The position numbers and the translations under genes were made by a program. This document shows, one piece after another, positions 16,251-30,800 of a stretch of DNA of 64,000 nucleotides. The notes under the pieces are model-generated. The model was not told the origin of the DNA. It made no database searches and worked only from the letters and a program-made list of their open reading frames with translations. This DNA is from the human T2T-CHM13v2.0 reference genome, Homo sapiens. Numbering within the stretch: position 1 is the stretch's first letter; each line of letters opens with the position of its first letter. The stretch lies in the NCBI RefSeq assembly GCF_009914755.1, contig NC_060926.1, one strand, 5' to 3'.

Positions 16251-17701
16251 TCTACCAGTCATTTCTGAGAATCCTTGTGGGGACCCTGGTTTTCTGCGTT
16301 TCTCAGCCATTGGAACCAGGCACCTCCATGGTTTCATCATGCTGGCCCTCATTCCATTGGACTGGTGGGTTACATTCTGTCAGTGGGCTAACTCCAGCAT
16401 GGCTGCCAGCAATACAATATCTAAGAGAGTTTTTAATGAACATCTGTTTCCTTCTCATTCACAGCATCTTGGCTCTCCACTGCATTTAGACATAGGTCCC
16501 TGGGTTCACATGAGACAACTCCTAGAGCCATAGCCAGGCATGACTTTTATAACTGAGTCTCCCCTCTGACAAATAACATAGTCTTCTTCTTGGACAAGCT
16601 ACTTTCTACCATATGGATTCTAAGAAAACTCCTCAGGCCTCCCTACAAATGCATCATTGTCTAGCATCCTTTACCAACTGACTCAGCAAACTCAGATATA
16701 TATGAATCAAACTCAAGCTGCTCAAATTTTATTTCACTCTCCTACACTTGTAAAGAAGATAAAATTTTTTTCAGGTAACTTTTCTATTTTTAAATAAAAT
16801 GATTGCTTTGGGGCCCATAAGTGGATATACTGTTCACACAGTAACCTTACTGCCACTTTTTTTTCTACCCCAAATACATGGAATCATGTTGACGTTTGAT
16901 TACTGTTTTCTTGTTAGGATAGTACCAGCACCAAATAAAAGGCAAAGTAAACAGTTTACTTCTGAGTCCAGAAAAGGGAAAGACAATCAGCAGAGACCAC
17001 TTTCTCGAATGAGCAGATTTTCTTCTCTTTTTAACTCCAGTCTACACTCCCACCTCTCCTCAGAAATTCCTCCTTCAGTATGGGGTGATTTTATGCACCT
17101 AGGCTGCTGATTCAGCTTGATCAGTCCTCATATAGAAAATGTGAACAGAATAGAAATCTTATCACCACATTTCAGTTACAAACCATTTTCTTCTCACCTA
17201 CTCCTCTTTCTCCTTCTAATAAGCATATTCAGTCATAGCCTTCCTGAAAGTGGTTTTTATTAATTGGATCCCCAGAGGCTGCTGAAGAAATGGAGTGGGA
17301 AGAGAGTTCTGTCTGCTTAACGTTGCCGTTTAGTGCCACGTGGTTTGGTGAAGTTTTCTCAATTGAATAGCGTGCAGGACCAGATGCTGGTTTATATAAC
17401 TAGCTGAGAGCACCCTTCCATTTTAAGGAAAAGTAGTCAGGGGAAGGAATGGGGAAGCAGAGAAGATAAACTTGAGCAATTATAAAGGCTTCTTTCACAA
17501 CCTTGATAAGACAATTTGTGTAGGTATCATCTATTTTTTTTTCTGTTATATTCTTTCCAACAAAAAAAGTTGTCTGCTTTCTTTTCCTACGATTCAGATG
17601 GGAATTGTTTTCAACTTTAAAACATCTAGTTCTCTATAGATACGGCTTGTATAAAAGCTAGATCAGTATTTTCTAAGTTGTAATTATTTGGGGGTTAAAA
17701 G

Positions 17702-18226
17702 TGTAACTGGGTTCCTTGAGATTTCAGCACACTAGCATTTTTAGTGGCTGAATTAATGAAAATTCTGATTAGGCACTTGCTTGCTTGTGGAAAAGCCAAC
17801 ATCCCTTGTTCCCACAATATTACAAACTGCTGAGGTACTGTTTCTATGTCAAACAGGAGAAGTTAATTTGAAGGTCATGAAAAAATTTTGCAGAAGGAAT
17901 GAATGCCTTTAAGTTATTGAGACCACCTGTTGACACCCAGAAGTCTGCTTGTTCAAGGTGTTATCTGAGACTGAAGAAACACAGGCTCTTTCCCTTGGTT
18001 CCCTGAAACTCCTCCTTCCTTACTCGCTAACCCTAAATTAAAAAAAAAAAAACCCACATCTTTTTGTTGTTGTTGTTGTTAAGATAGATTTGAGAGATCT
18101 TATTCTCTTGATTTCTTGCTTTGGCCAAACTGAATAAGCCTTTCTCTACCTCCAAGCACTTGTGTGTCCATGTTTGGCATCAACTGTGCATTCAGCACAC
18201 AAGCCTGAATTGGAGGTTCTATAACA
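17702..18226 (+). mobile_element. ERV solo LTR, family unresolved
   Basis: TGTAA...TAACA termini, aataag poly(A)-signal-like motif near the 3' end, 4-bp flank aaag/gaag. Confidence 0.55.
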
Positions 18227-18267
18227 GAAGTAGAATGTTGCATAATCCTTGACTTATGTTATTCTTG

Positions 18268-18268
18268 T

Positions 18269-18313
<45 letters not shown>

Positions 18314-18328
18314 CCTATCTATCCATCT
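18268..18328. repeat. (TATC)n microsatellite at the L1 tail position
   Basis: Read directly; sits where the poly(A) of the adjacent L1 is expected. Confidence 0.95.
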
Positions 18329-20725
18329 TTCCAACTCTTATTTTGGATTCAGGGGATACAGTTACATGGGTAAATTGTGTATTGTGCGGTTTAGTGTAAA
18401 AATTATTTCATCACCCAGGTAATAAGCATGGTACCCGATAGTTAGTTTTTCGACCCTCACCCTTCTCCTACCCTCCAGTCTCAAGTAGGCCTCAGTGTCT
18501 ATTGTTTGCCTCCTTGTGTCCATATGTACTCAGTGTTTAACTCCCACTTATAAGTGAGAGCATATGGTATTTGTTTTCTGTTCCTGTATTAATTTTCTTA
18601 GAATAATGGCATCCAGTTCCATCCATATTGCTGCAAATGACATAATTTCCTTCCTTTCTGTGGCTGTTTAGTAGTCCACAGTGTATATGTACCATATTTT
18701 CTTTATTCAGTCCACCATTGGTGGACATTCATGTTAATTCCATGTCTTTGCTATTGTGAATAGTGCTAAAATGAACATACGAATACATGTGTCTTTATGG
18801 TAGAACGATTTATATTCTTTTAGGTAATAAACCCAGTAATGGAACTGAGGGATCAAATGGTAGTTCTGTTTTAAGTTCTTAGAGAAATCTTCAAACTGCT
18901 TTCCGTGGCAGTTAAATTAATCTACATTTCCACTGGTAGTATATAAGCATTCCCTTTTCTCTTCAATCTCGTCAGCATCTGTTATAGTCTGACTTTTTAA
19001 TAATAGCCATTCTGACTGGTGTGAGGTGATATCTCATTGTGGTTTTGATTTACATTTCTCTAATGATTAGTGATGTTGAGCATTTTTTTCATATGCTTTT
19101 GGCCACATGTATGTCTTCTTTTGAGAAGTGCCTGTTCATGTCCTTTGCCTGTGTTTAAATGGGGTTGTTTTCTACTCCTTAATATGTTTAAGTTGTTTCT
19201 AGATTCTGGGTATTAGACTTTCATAGGACGCATAGTTTGCAAATATTTTCTCTCATTCTGTTGGTTGTCTCTTTACTTTGTTGATTGTTTTGCTGTGCAG
19301 AAGCTCTTTAATTAAGTCCCATTTTTCAGTTTTTGTTTTTGTTGCGATTGCTTTTGTTGTCTTTGTCGTGAAATCTTTGCCAGGGCCTATGTCCAAAATG
19401 GTATTTCTTAGGTTTTCTTCTAAGATTTCTAAAGCTTTAGGTTTTATATTTATGTCTTTAATCTATTCTGAGTTGATTTTTGGATATGGCGAAAGGCAGG
19501 AGTCTAGTCTTAATCTTTTTGCATGTAGCTACCCATTTATCCTAGCACCATTTATTGAATGGGGAGTCCTTTCCCCATTGCTTATTTTTGTAGACTTTGT
19601 TAAAGTTATAGGTGTGCAGCTTTATTTCCGGGTTCTCTAACCTGCTTCTAACCAATGTATATGGGTCTGTCTATGTACCAGTAATTCTGTTTTTGTTACT
19701 TTTGCCTCATAGTATAGTTTAAAGTTAGGTAGTATGATGCTTCTGGTTTTGTTCTTTCTGCTTAGGATTGCTTCAGCTATTTGGCCTTTTTTTAGGTCTA
19801 TATGAAATTTAGAATAGTTTTCTCTAATTCTGTGAAAAAATGATGATTAGTAGTTTGACAGGAATAGCATTGAATCTGTCCGTTGCTTTGGGCAGTATGG
19901 GCATTTTAATAATATTGATTCTCCCTGTCCATGAGCATTTGTGTCATCTCTGTTCTCTTTCTGCAGTGCTTTGTAATTCTCACGGTGGAGATCATTTTAG
20001 CTGTATTCCTAGATATTTTATTTTTGTATCTATTGTGAATGGGATTGCATTCTTGATCTAGCACTCAGCTTGGATGTTGTTGATGAATAGAAATGCTACG
20101 ATTTTTGTGTATTAATTTTGTATCCTGTACTTTTCTGAAGTTGTTCATCAGATATAGGAGCTTTTGGGCAGAGACTATGAGGTTTTCTAGGTATAAAATT
20201 ATATCATCTGTGAAGAGAGACAGTTTGACATCCTCTGTTCCTGTTTAGGTGTCTTTTATTTCCTTCTCTTGTCTGATTGCTCTGGCTAGGACTTCCAGTA
20301 CTATGTTGAATAGGAATGGTGAGAGTGGGCATCCTTGTCTTGTTCTGGGTCTCATGGGGAAACTTCCAGCTTTTGCCCATTCAGTGTGATGTTGGCTGTG
20401 GGTTTGTCATAGATGACTCAATATTTTGATGTATATTCCTTCAATGTCTAAATTGTTGAGGATTTTTAACCTGAAGCGATGTTGAGTTTTATCAAAATCC
20501 CTTTCTTCATCTATTGAGATATGCATGTGGTTTTTGTTTTTAGTTTTGTTTATGTGATGAATCATATTTGTTGATTTATGTGTATTAAAACAACCTTGTG
20601 TCTAGGAATAAAGCCTAATTGATCATGGTGGATTAGCTTTTTGATGTGCTACTGGATTCAGTTTGCTGATATTTTGTTGATGATTTTTGCATCTATGCTT
20701 ATCAGAGATATTAGTTAGTTAGAAG

Positions 20726-20779
<54 letters not shown>

Positions 20780-23700
20780 CTGCCTGCCAGATTTTGGAAT
20801 CAGGGTAATGCTGGCCTCATGGAATGAGTTAGTGGGGAGTCCATCTTCCTCAATATTTTTTGCAGTCGTTTCAGTAGGAATGGGACCAGTTCTTTATGCA
20901 TCTTAGAGAATTTGGGTGTGAACCCTTCTGATCCAGGGATTTTTATTACTGATTCAATTTTGGAACTTGTTATCGGTCTGTTCAAGGTTTCAGCTTCTTC
21001 CTGATTCAATCTTGGGTGGTTGTATGTTTCCAGGAATTCATCCATTTTTTAAATTTTTTTTTAGCTTTTTTAGTTTGTGTGCATAGAGGTGTTCATAACA
21101 GTATCTGAAGGCTTTTTTGTATTATTGTGGAGTCAGTGGTAATGTCTTCTTTGTCATTTCTGATTGGATTTATTTGGATCTACTCTCATTTTTTCTTTAT
21201 TAGTCTAGCTAGGCATCTATCAATCTTATTTATTCTTTCAAAGAAAACTTTGGTTTTGTTGATCTTTAGTATCATTTTTTACATCACAATATCATTTAGT
21301 CAGCTCTGATCTTGGTTATTTCTTGTATTCTTCTAGCTTTGGGGTTGGTTTGCTCTTGTTTTTCTAGTTCCTCTAGAAAACAGGTACGATGTTAGGTTGT
21401 TAATTTGAGATCTTTCTAACTTGATATGGGCATTTGATGCTGTAAACTTTTCTCTAACACTACTTTAGCTATGTCCCACAGATTCTGGTATGTTGTATCT
21501 TTGTTTTCTTTAGTGTAAAGGAATTTCTTGATTTCTGCCTTAATTTTATCATTTACCAAAAAGTTATTCAGAAGGTTGTTTAATTGTATGGTTTTGAGAT
21601 ATCTTGGTATTTATTTTTATTTTTATTTTGCTATTGTCCCAGTGTATGGTTGGTATGATTTCAAGTCTTTTGAATTTGTGTAGAATTATTTTTCAGCCAA
21701 GCATGTGGTCAATTTTAGAGTACGTGCCATGGTCAGATGAGAAGACTGCATATTCTGTTGTTATTGGATGAAGCGTTCTGTAGCTGTCTGTTAGGTCTGT
21801 TTGGTCAAGTGTCAAGTTGAGGTCTTGAATATCTTTGTTAGTTTTTTACCTTAAAATATTTGAGTAATTCTGTCAATGGAGTCTTGAAGTCTCCCACTAT
21901 TATTGTTTAGGTATCTAAGTCTCTTTGTAGGTAGGTATTTAAGAACTTATGAATTTGGGTGCTCCAATGTTGGGTGCAGATATTTTTAGGAGAGTTAAGT
22001 CTTCTTGTTGAATTAAACCCTGTATCATTATGTATTACCCTTCTTTGTCCTTTTTTATTATTGTTGATTTAAAATCTGTTTTATCTGAAATTAGAATAGC
22101 AACCTCTGCTTTTTAAAAATTTCTGCTGTTAGCCTAATGGGGTTCTTTTTGTAGATGACCTGCCCCTTCTCTCTAGCTGCCTTTAATATTTTCTCTTTCA
22201 TGTTGACTTTGGAGAATCTGATAGCTAAGTGTCTTGGGAATGGTTGTCTTATATAGCATCTCACAGGGGTTCTCTGTGTTTCCCAGGTTTGAATGTCTAC
22301 CTTTCTAGCAAGGTTGGGAAAATTTCCCTGGACAATATTCTCAAATATGTTTTCTGAGTTGCTTGTGCTCTCTCCCTCTCTTTCAGAGACACCATTGAGT
22401 TGTAGGTTTGGAGTCTTTACATAATCTCATATTTCTTATAGGTTTTGTTTATTCTTTTTAATTCTCTTTTCTTTGTTATCTTCTGAGTGGTCTTTGAGCT
22501 CAGAGTCTGTTCTCAGCTTGGTCGATTCTGCTGTTAATACTTCAGATTGTATTAACAAATTCTTGTAGTAAGTTTTTCAGCTTTATCGGATCAGTATGGT
22601 TCTTTCTTAAAATGGTGATTTTTATCTTCCAGCTCATATCATTTTATTGGATTTCTTAAATTCCTTGGATTGGTCTTCAACATTCTTCTGAATCTTGATG
22701 ATCTTCATTGCTATTGAGATTCTGAATTTTATGTCTGTCATTTCAGCCATTTCAGCCTGGTTAAGAACCATTGCTGGGAGCTAGAGTGATCATTTGGAGG
22801 AAAAAAGACACTCTTGATTTTTGAGTTGTCAGAATTCTTGCACTGTTTCTTTCTCATCTGGTGGGCTGATGTTTCTTTAATCTTTGAAGCTGCTGCCTTT
22901 TCAATGGATTTTTTTTTTTTTTGCTTTTATTTTCCTTGATGCCCTTGAGAGTTTGACTGTTATGTAAGTTGGGTTTAGCCAACTGTCTTCAAATCCAGAT
23001 GACTTCAAGAAGCCCAGGATTAGCTTGGCACTCCTGAGCTGTAGGCTCCAACCCTGGGGGTCTGGTATGAGGCTCACAGCTTTGTTGTCTGGCCTCTCAA
23101 AATTAAGCACCTGCTTCACTGGAGGGGCCTAGGTGTTTCTGGTCTGCTGGCGACAACACTCTGATGATGCATAGTGCCAGCAAAAATGCTTCATTACAGT
23201 GGTGGCAGTGGGGTCTGCCCTTGCCAAAGCAGCAACAGGGTTGTGTGTGCCCATGTATGCTGGTGACAGATGGGTGGCAGGGAACATGTGACCTCACACT
23301 AGTGGTAGTGATAATGGTGCTGTCCATGTAGACTTGTGGTGGCTGGGTCTGGGTGTATGCACTTGTGCCAGTGAGGCCAGGTGTCTGCATGCACACACTT
23401 GCACCAGTAACAACATGATGGCAATGTTCACACACATGTGTCCTGGTGGTGGCAGGGGCAGGGTGGTGGTGGTGAGTTCTGTTTATGCATGTGGCTGTGG
23501 AAACAGGGCAGTGAGGTCCATACATGCATGTGTGCCAGTGGAGTGATGGGAGGAAGTTGAAGATGGTTGTATGTTGGCAAAGGCCAGTTTACTGAAGCTC
23601 TGTGACAATAGGCAGGGTCTATTGTCTGTGACAATAGGCAAAGGAGCTATGATGGCAGCCAGTAGGAAGCACCTTGGTTGGGCATACAAAGCTATGCTGC

Positions 23701-24288
23701 AAGTGGCATGGCCAGGCAGGGACCGCGGGAGAGGACAGCAGGCAGGTGGGTGCTCAGATCAGACTGGCCATGTTCCATGGGCAAAACTGCCTTGCTCTGT
23801 CCAGGTCCAACAGTCAACAAAGACCAAATCCACCTAGAAGATCATGGTAAGCCTTGGAGAGCAGGCATCCCTGGCAGTGCTCCACTTCTGCCATTCCTGT
23901 GCCAAACACTCTGGGCTCTGGAGAGGCTGCCTCCTCTCCAAGCAGCTCTCCCTATCAGTTCACATGTCCTTGGGCGTCGTGGGGTTTCCTGCAGCTAGGA
24001 GTTTAGAGGTCCATGGTGAGAGTTGGTCACTCCTTGCCTATTAAATTACCCCTTCCCCAGGAGCCCTGGAGGCCAGGAATGAGTCCTGGTGCTTAGCAGC
24101 CCCATGCAGCATTCCTAGTGTCCTCCTGACCCTGTCCCATTCAGCCCAGGATCAGTGTCCTTCCTCTCTTTATTCTCAAGGCCTTTATTACAGAGATCTG
24201 CTGGGAGTTTGCTGAGCCCCTTGATGGTCTGGTCTCTTGGTAGCAGATGTTCTTTTTGGCTGCATCTAGTCAGCCATCTTGGCTGGTC
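18329..24288 (-). mobile_element. Near-full-length old primate L1 (L1PA15/16-like) with an internal deletion near 22115-22125
   Basis: 3'UTR, ORF2 remnants ([17 protein letters not shown]), ORF1 remnant 22125-22900, 5' start ccaagatggctgactag on the minus strand. Confidence 0.88.
20727..20777. repeat. (TG)n microsatellite inside L1 ORF2
   Basis: About 25 uninterrupted TG units. Confidence 0.97.
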
Positions 24289-24814
24289 AATGGTGTCACC
24301 TTCACACAATGTGATCTGCTTCCAGGACTGCAGAAAATTGAGAAAAATCTCTTACGATTATCCAAAGACTGGATAATCTTGAGGATATGTTGATGGTTCA
24401 CCAGATTGCTGAAGAGAAGGAGGAAGTGGGTGGAGTGCAGCATAGTGGGGTGATGGTGGGGATGGGTGGGTGCAAGTAATAGTCTGACAAAAGGGAATTA
24501 ACCTCATCACCAGCCTGGACACTGGCTCCAGTGACAACTGGACTTATGTTATTCTTAGGTGGAATGATGAACCTTTCTTACATGCTTCTGTATGTGGCAT
24601 GTATTCTGGTTTTTATTTCTACAAGGGATTTTACTCAGAGACAGGAAGGGAAAGATGTGATTTTCTTTTTTATTCCCCAGTGGAAAGAAAAGGTTATCCT
24701 AGGTATTTGGATTCTTTAATCAAGTATTTCCGTTTGAAGAAAATATGTTGTCCGTTTATATTTTAAGTAAATAGGTCATTATCAACCTCGCACAAACATA
24801 TGGGAAACGCATCT

Positions 24815-27800
24815 ATTTTATTTTATTTTTTAATAATTTCAACTTCTATTTTAGATTAAGGAGTACATGTGGAGGTTGGTTATATGGGAATACTGTGTGA
24901 TGCTGAATTTTGGGGTATGAATGATCCTGTCACCCAGGTAGTAAGCTTAGTACTCGATAGTTAGTTTTAAGCCTTTGCCCTCCTCTTTACCTCTGCCATC
25001 TAGTAGTTCCCAGTGTCTGTTGTTGCCACTTTAATGTTCATGAGTACCTAATATTTAGCTATCATTTATAAGTAAGAACATACAATATTTGGTTTTCTGT
25101 TCCTGCATTAATTTACTTAGGATAATATCCTCCAGATCTACCCATGTTGCTGCAAAAGACATAATTTCATATTTTTTATGGCTGCAAAGTGTTCCATAGT
25201 GTATATGTACCAGATTTTGTTTATCCAGTCTACCATTTATGGGCACGTAGGTTGATTCCATACTGTATTAGTCCGTTATCATGCTGCTAATAAGGACATA
25301 TCTGAGATTGGGTAATTTATAAAGAAAAACAGGTTTAATGGATTCACAGTTCCATGTGGTTAGGGAGGCCTCACAATCATGACGGAAGGTGAAAGCCACA
25401 TCTTACGTGGTGGTAGACAAGAGAGAATGAAAGCCAAATAAAAAGGGAAACCTCTTATAAAATCATCAGATCTTGTGAAACTTATTCACTACCACGAGAA
25501 CAGTATGGGAAAAACCACCCCTGTGATTCAATTATCTCCCACTGGGTCCTTCCCACAACACATGGGAATTATGGGAGCTACAATTCAAGATGAGGTTCGG
25601 TGAGGGCACAGCCAAACCATATCACATGACTTTGCTATTGTGAATAGCGTGGTGATGAACATATGAGTGCATGTATCTTTTTGGTACACTTATCTATTTT
25701 CCTTTGGCTATATACCCATTAAGGGAATTGCTGGGTCAAATGGTACCTCCATTTTGAGTTCTCTAAGAAATCTCCATAGTGCTTTCTACAGTGGCTGAAC
25801 TAATTTACATTCTCACCAACAGTGTATAAGTTTTCCCTTTTTTCCACAGCCTTGCCAGCATCTGCTGATTTTGATTTTTTAATAGTACCCATTGTGACTG
25901 TTACGAGATGGTATCTTATTGTGGTTTTGCCTTGTATTTCTCTGATAATTAGTGATGATAACATTTTTTCATATTTTTGTTGGCTGCTTGTATGTCTTCT
26001 TTTTAGAAGTGTGCATTCACGTTCTTTGCCCATTTTTTAAAGGGTTACCTGTTTGTGCTCATTGAATTGTTTAATTTCCTGATAGATTCTGGATATTAGA
26101 CCTTTGTTGGATGCATTGTTTGCAAATATTTACTCTCATTCTTTAGGATGTCTGTTTACTCTGTTGATAGTTTCTTTTGCTGTGCAGAAGCTCTTTAGTT
26201 TAACTAGGTCCCACTGGCCAATTTTTGTTATTGTTGCTTTTGAGCATAATTCTTTCCCAAGGCCAATGTCCAGAATGGTGTTTTCTAGATTTTCTTCTAA
26301 GATTCTTATAGTTTGAGGTTTTACATTTAAGATCTCAATTGATCTCGAGTGAATTTTTGTATATGGTGAAATGTCTGGATCCAATTTCTTTCTTCTGTAA
26401 ATGGCTAGCCAGCTGTCCCAGCACCATTTATTGAATAGGGAGTCTTTTCCCCTTTGCTTATTTTTGTAGATTTTGTCAAAGATCAGATGGCTGTAGGTAT
26501 GCAACTTTATTTCTGGGTTCTCTATTCTGTTTCATTGGTCTATGTGTATGGTTTTGTACCAGTACCATGTTGTTGTATTTACTGCAGCTTCATTGTATAT
26601 TTTGAAGTTGAGTAATGTGATAACCTCCAGCTTTTTTCTTCTTGCTCAGTATTGTGTTAGGTATTTGGGCTCTTTTTTGGTTCCATATGAATTTTAGAAT
26701 AGTATTTTCTAATTCTGTAAAAGGTGATATCGATAGTTTGATAGAAATAGCATTGAATCTGTAGATTGCTTTGTGCAATATGGCCATTTTAATGATATTA
26801 ATTCTTCTAATATTTGTATCATCTTTGATTTCTTATAGCAGTATTTTGTAGTTCTCCTTGTAGAGATCTTTCACCTCCTTGGTTACATGTATTCGTTTGT
26901 ATATATGTATATTTTTGTGGCTATTGTAAATGGTATTGCCTTCTTCATACGGCTCTTATCTAGAATGTTATCAGTGTATAGAAATGCTAATCATTTGCAC
27001 ATTGATTTTCTATCCTGTAAATTTACTGAGGCTTTTTGTCAGTTTCAGGAGCTTTTTGGTAGAGGCTTTAGAGTTTTTAGTTATAGAATCATATTATCAG
27101 TGAAGAGAGATAGACTGACTTCTTTTTCTATATGAATATTTTTTATTTATTTATTTTGCCATATTACTCTGGCTAGGACTTCCAGTACTATGTTGAATAG
27201 GAACGGTGAAGGTGAGTATCCTTGTCTTGTTTCTGTTCTCAAGTGGAATGCTTCCAGTTTTTATCCATTTAGTGTGACATTGGCTGTGGGTTTGTCATAG
27301 ATGGCTCTTATTATTTTGTGGCATATTCCTTTGATGTCTAGTTTGTTGAGGGTTTTTAACGGGAAAGATGTTAGATTGTATTGAAGGCTTTTTTCTCTTC
27401 TATTGAGATGATCATATGATTTTTGTTTTTAATTCTGTGTGGTGAATCACATGTATTAATTGTTGACCCAATGTTGCATTCCAAGAATGAAGCTTACTTG
27501 ATTGTGGTGAATTAACTTTTAATGTGCTGCTGGATTTGTTTTTCCAGCATTTTGTTAAGGATTTTTGCATCTATATTTTTCAGGAATATTGGCCTGAATT
27601 TTTTATCGTTGTGTCTCTGCCAAGTTTTTTATCAAGGTAATGCTGGCTTTATAGAATGATTTAGGGAGTAGTTGCCTCTCCTCAATTTTGGGAATAGTTT
27701 CATTAGGATTAATTTCACTTCTTCTTTGTATGTTTGGTGGAATTTGCCTATGAATCTATCTGGTCTGGTGCCTTTTTCAGTTTGTTGTTTTTTAAATTAC

Positions 27801-30800
27801 TGATTCAATCTTGGATGTTAGTATTGGTCTGTTCAGGATTTCAGCTTCTTCCTTGTTCAATCTTGGGAGGTAGTCTATTTTCAGGAATTCATCCATTTCT
27901 TCTAGACTTTCTAGGCTGTGTGCATACAGATACTTATAGCAGTCTCTGTGAATTTTTTATATTTCTGTGGGATCGGATGTAATGTTACCTTTGGTGTTTA
28001 TGATGGTGCTTAATTAGATTTTCTCTCTTTTATTCTTTGCTAATCTTGCTAGTGGTCTATTGATCTTGTTTATCCTTTCAAAAAACAAATTTTTGTTTTC
28101 CTTCATTCTTTGTATGGATTTTGGGGGCTCAATTTTGCTCACTTCTGGTCTGATTTTAGTTGTTTCTTTTTTTGTTGGGTTTGGGATTAATTCATTTTTT
28201 TTTCTTCCTTTATGTGTGATGTTAAATCATTTTTTGAGATCCTTTTAACTTCTTAAGGCATGAATTTGCACTAAAAACCTGTCTTTTACACTGCTTTGCT
28301 ATATCCAAGAGATTTTGGTTTGTTTTGTCTCTGTTTTCATTTATTTTGAATGTTTTTAAAATTTCTGCCTTAATTTTGTTGTTTATCCAAAAGTCATCCA
28401 GAAGAAAGTTGTTTAACTTCCATGTAATTGGATGGTTTTGGAGATCTTCTTGGTACTGATTTCCATTTTTATTCTAGTATGGTCCAAGAGTATGGTTGGT
28501 ATGATTCGGAGCCTTTAAAACTTATTAAGACTTGTTTTATAGCAAATCATGTGATCTATGTTGGAGTATTTTTTGTGTGCTGAAGAAAACAATGTGTATT
28601 CTGTGGTTGATGGGTGGAGTAGCATGTAGATGTTTATTAGGTCCAGTTGGTCAAACGTTGAATTCAATTCCAGGATTTCTTTGTTGGTTTTCTGCCTTGA
28701 TGATCTGTCTAGCACTGTCAATTAAGCTCCTTACTATTAATGTCTGGCTGTCTAAGTCTTTTTCTGGTCTCGAAGTAGTTATTTTATGAATCTGGGTGTG
28801 CCAATGTTGAGCACCTGTAAATTTAGGATATTTAAGTCTTCGTGTTGATATGAACACTTTATGTAATGCCCTTTTTTGTCTATGAATGCTTTATGTAATG
28901 CCCCTTTTTGTTCTTTTTTTTACATTGTTGGTTTAATTTTTGTGTTATCTAAGAATAGCTACCCTTGACCCTTTTTGTTTTCCATTTGCATGATATATCT
29001 TTCTTTAACCCTTTACTTTGAGCCTGTGTGTCATTACCTATGAGATGTGTCTCTTGAAGACAGCAGATCAATGGATTGCGTTCTTTTATCCAACTTGCCA
29101 CTCTGTGCCTTTTAAGTGGGGGCATTTAGACCATCTACATTCAAGGTTAATATTGTTACATAAGGTTTTGATCCTGTTGTACAGTTGTTAGCTGGCTGCT
29201 TTGTAGTCTCCATTGTGTGGTTGCTTTATAGGGTCCATGGGCTATGTAGTTAAGTGTGTTTTTGTGGTAGCAGGTATCATTCTTTTGTTTCCATGTTTAG
29301 AACTCCCTTAAGTTCTAGTAACTTATAAAGCTAGTCTAGAGGTAACAAATTCCCTTAGCACTTGCTTGTCTAAAAAAGTTTTTATTTCTCCTTTGCTTAT
29401 AAAGTTTAATTTGTCAGGATATAAGATTTTTAGTTGGAATTTCTTTTCTTTAAGAATGCCAAAAATATGCCTCCAATCTTTCCTGGATCATGGGATTTCT
29501 GCTGAGAATTCTGCAGTTAGCCTGAAAGGGTTCTCTTTGTTCATGATCTGGCCCTTTTCTTTAGCTTACTTTAAGACTTTTTCTTTAGCATTGACCTTGG
29601 GCAGTCTGATGACTATATCCTTTGGTGATGTTCGTTTTGCATAGTATCTTGCAGATGTTTTCTGGATTTATTGTATCTGAAAGTTTACCTCTACTGCAAT
29701 ATTAGGAAAATCTTGAATAATTCCCTCCCATATGCTTTTCAAATTGTTTACTTTTTCTCCTTCTCTCCCAGGAATTCCGATAATTTGTAGGTTTGGTCAC
29801 TTTACATAATTTCATATTTCTCAAATACTTTGTTCATTTTTTAAAATTCTTTTTTCTTTATATTTGTCTGGCTGGGTTAGTTTGAAAGATTGTCTTAAGC
29901 TCTGAAATCCTTTCTTTTGCATGTTCCTGTGTATTGATGAAGCTTCAAATTGTATTTTGAAATTTTTTAAGTGAGTTTTTTAATTCAAGAAGCTCTGATT
30001 GATTTTTTTAAAGATGTGTCTTCACTTCCTAGATTGCTTATTAGAAATTTCTTTGTGTTGATTTTCAACTTTGTCTTGGATTTCATTGAGCTACCCCACA
30101 ATCTATTCTTTGAATTATTCATCTGTCATTTCAGAGTTTCCATTACCGTTAGGGAGCATTACTGGGGTGCTAGTGTGATCCTTTGGTGGTGTCACTACAT
30201 GCAGATTTTTCATGATTCCAGAAATCTTTCACTAGTTCCTTCTTATCTGGATATGTTGGCACTTCTAATTTTCATTATTATTTTTGTGCAGGTAGGATAT
30301 GTTTTTCTTTCTTTGTCTACAATATTATTTGGGTTTTTAAGAATTTTTCTTTCCTTTTCTCCCCCTCCTGATGGATGTGACTGTAGAGAATGCTGAGTAG
30401 GATCTTTTGGCTTTACCTCTATAGTCCTGTGCACTTCTGTTGGCAGGTTTTTTATTGGGCTATGCAGTTTAACCTATAAGCCAGTAGATAGCACTTATGG
30501 GTAAGAGCTGCTGGCAGCTAACAGAGCTGGAAATATTACTTAATCTTTGTTTACTGGGAGAAGCTATCCTTTGCCTCAGGCAATGGGCTGATCCATGGAG
30601 TTCTCAGAGGTCTCAGCTCTATGCCCTGCCACACAGGGAAGGAGATCCAAGATGGGTGGGGCTAGACTGGGCAGGCTCACCTGGAGGTCCCCAGATAGCA
30701 GGCACAAACACCAGTGCCAAGAAAGAATTCAATGAACAGCCACGAAATGCTCTTAAGTATGACATACGGAGTTGAGAGGGTCCTGCTGCACCACAATCTC

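Noticed and set aside
15530-16900. L2 fragments here and near 6640-7250
   Set aside because: Only vague resemblance; I cannot set boundaries without an alignment.
23103-23998. His/Cys-rich ORFs
   Set aside because: They come from CpG-decayed TG/CA-rich L1 5'UTR sequence.
28850-28912. ~32-bp imperfect tandem duplication within the L1PB
   Set aside because: Real but an ordinary old slippage event with no further structure.
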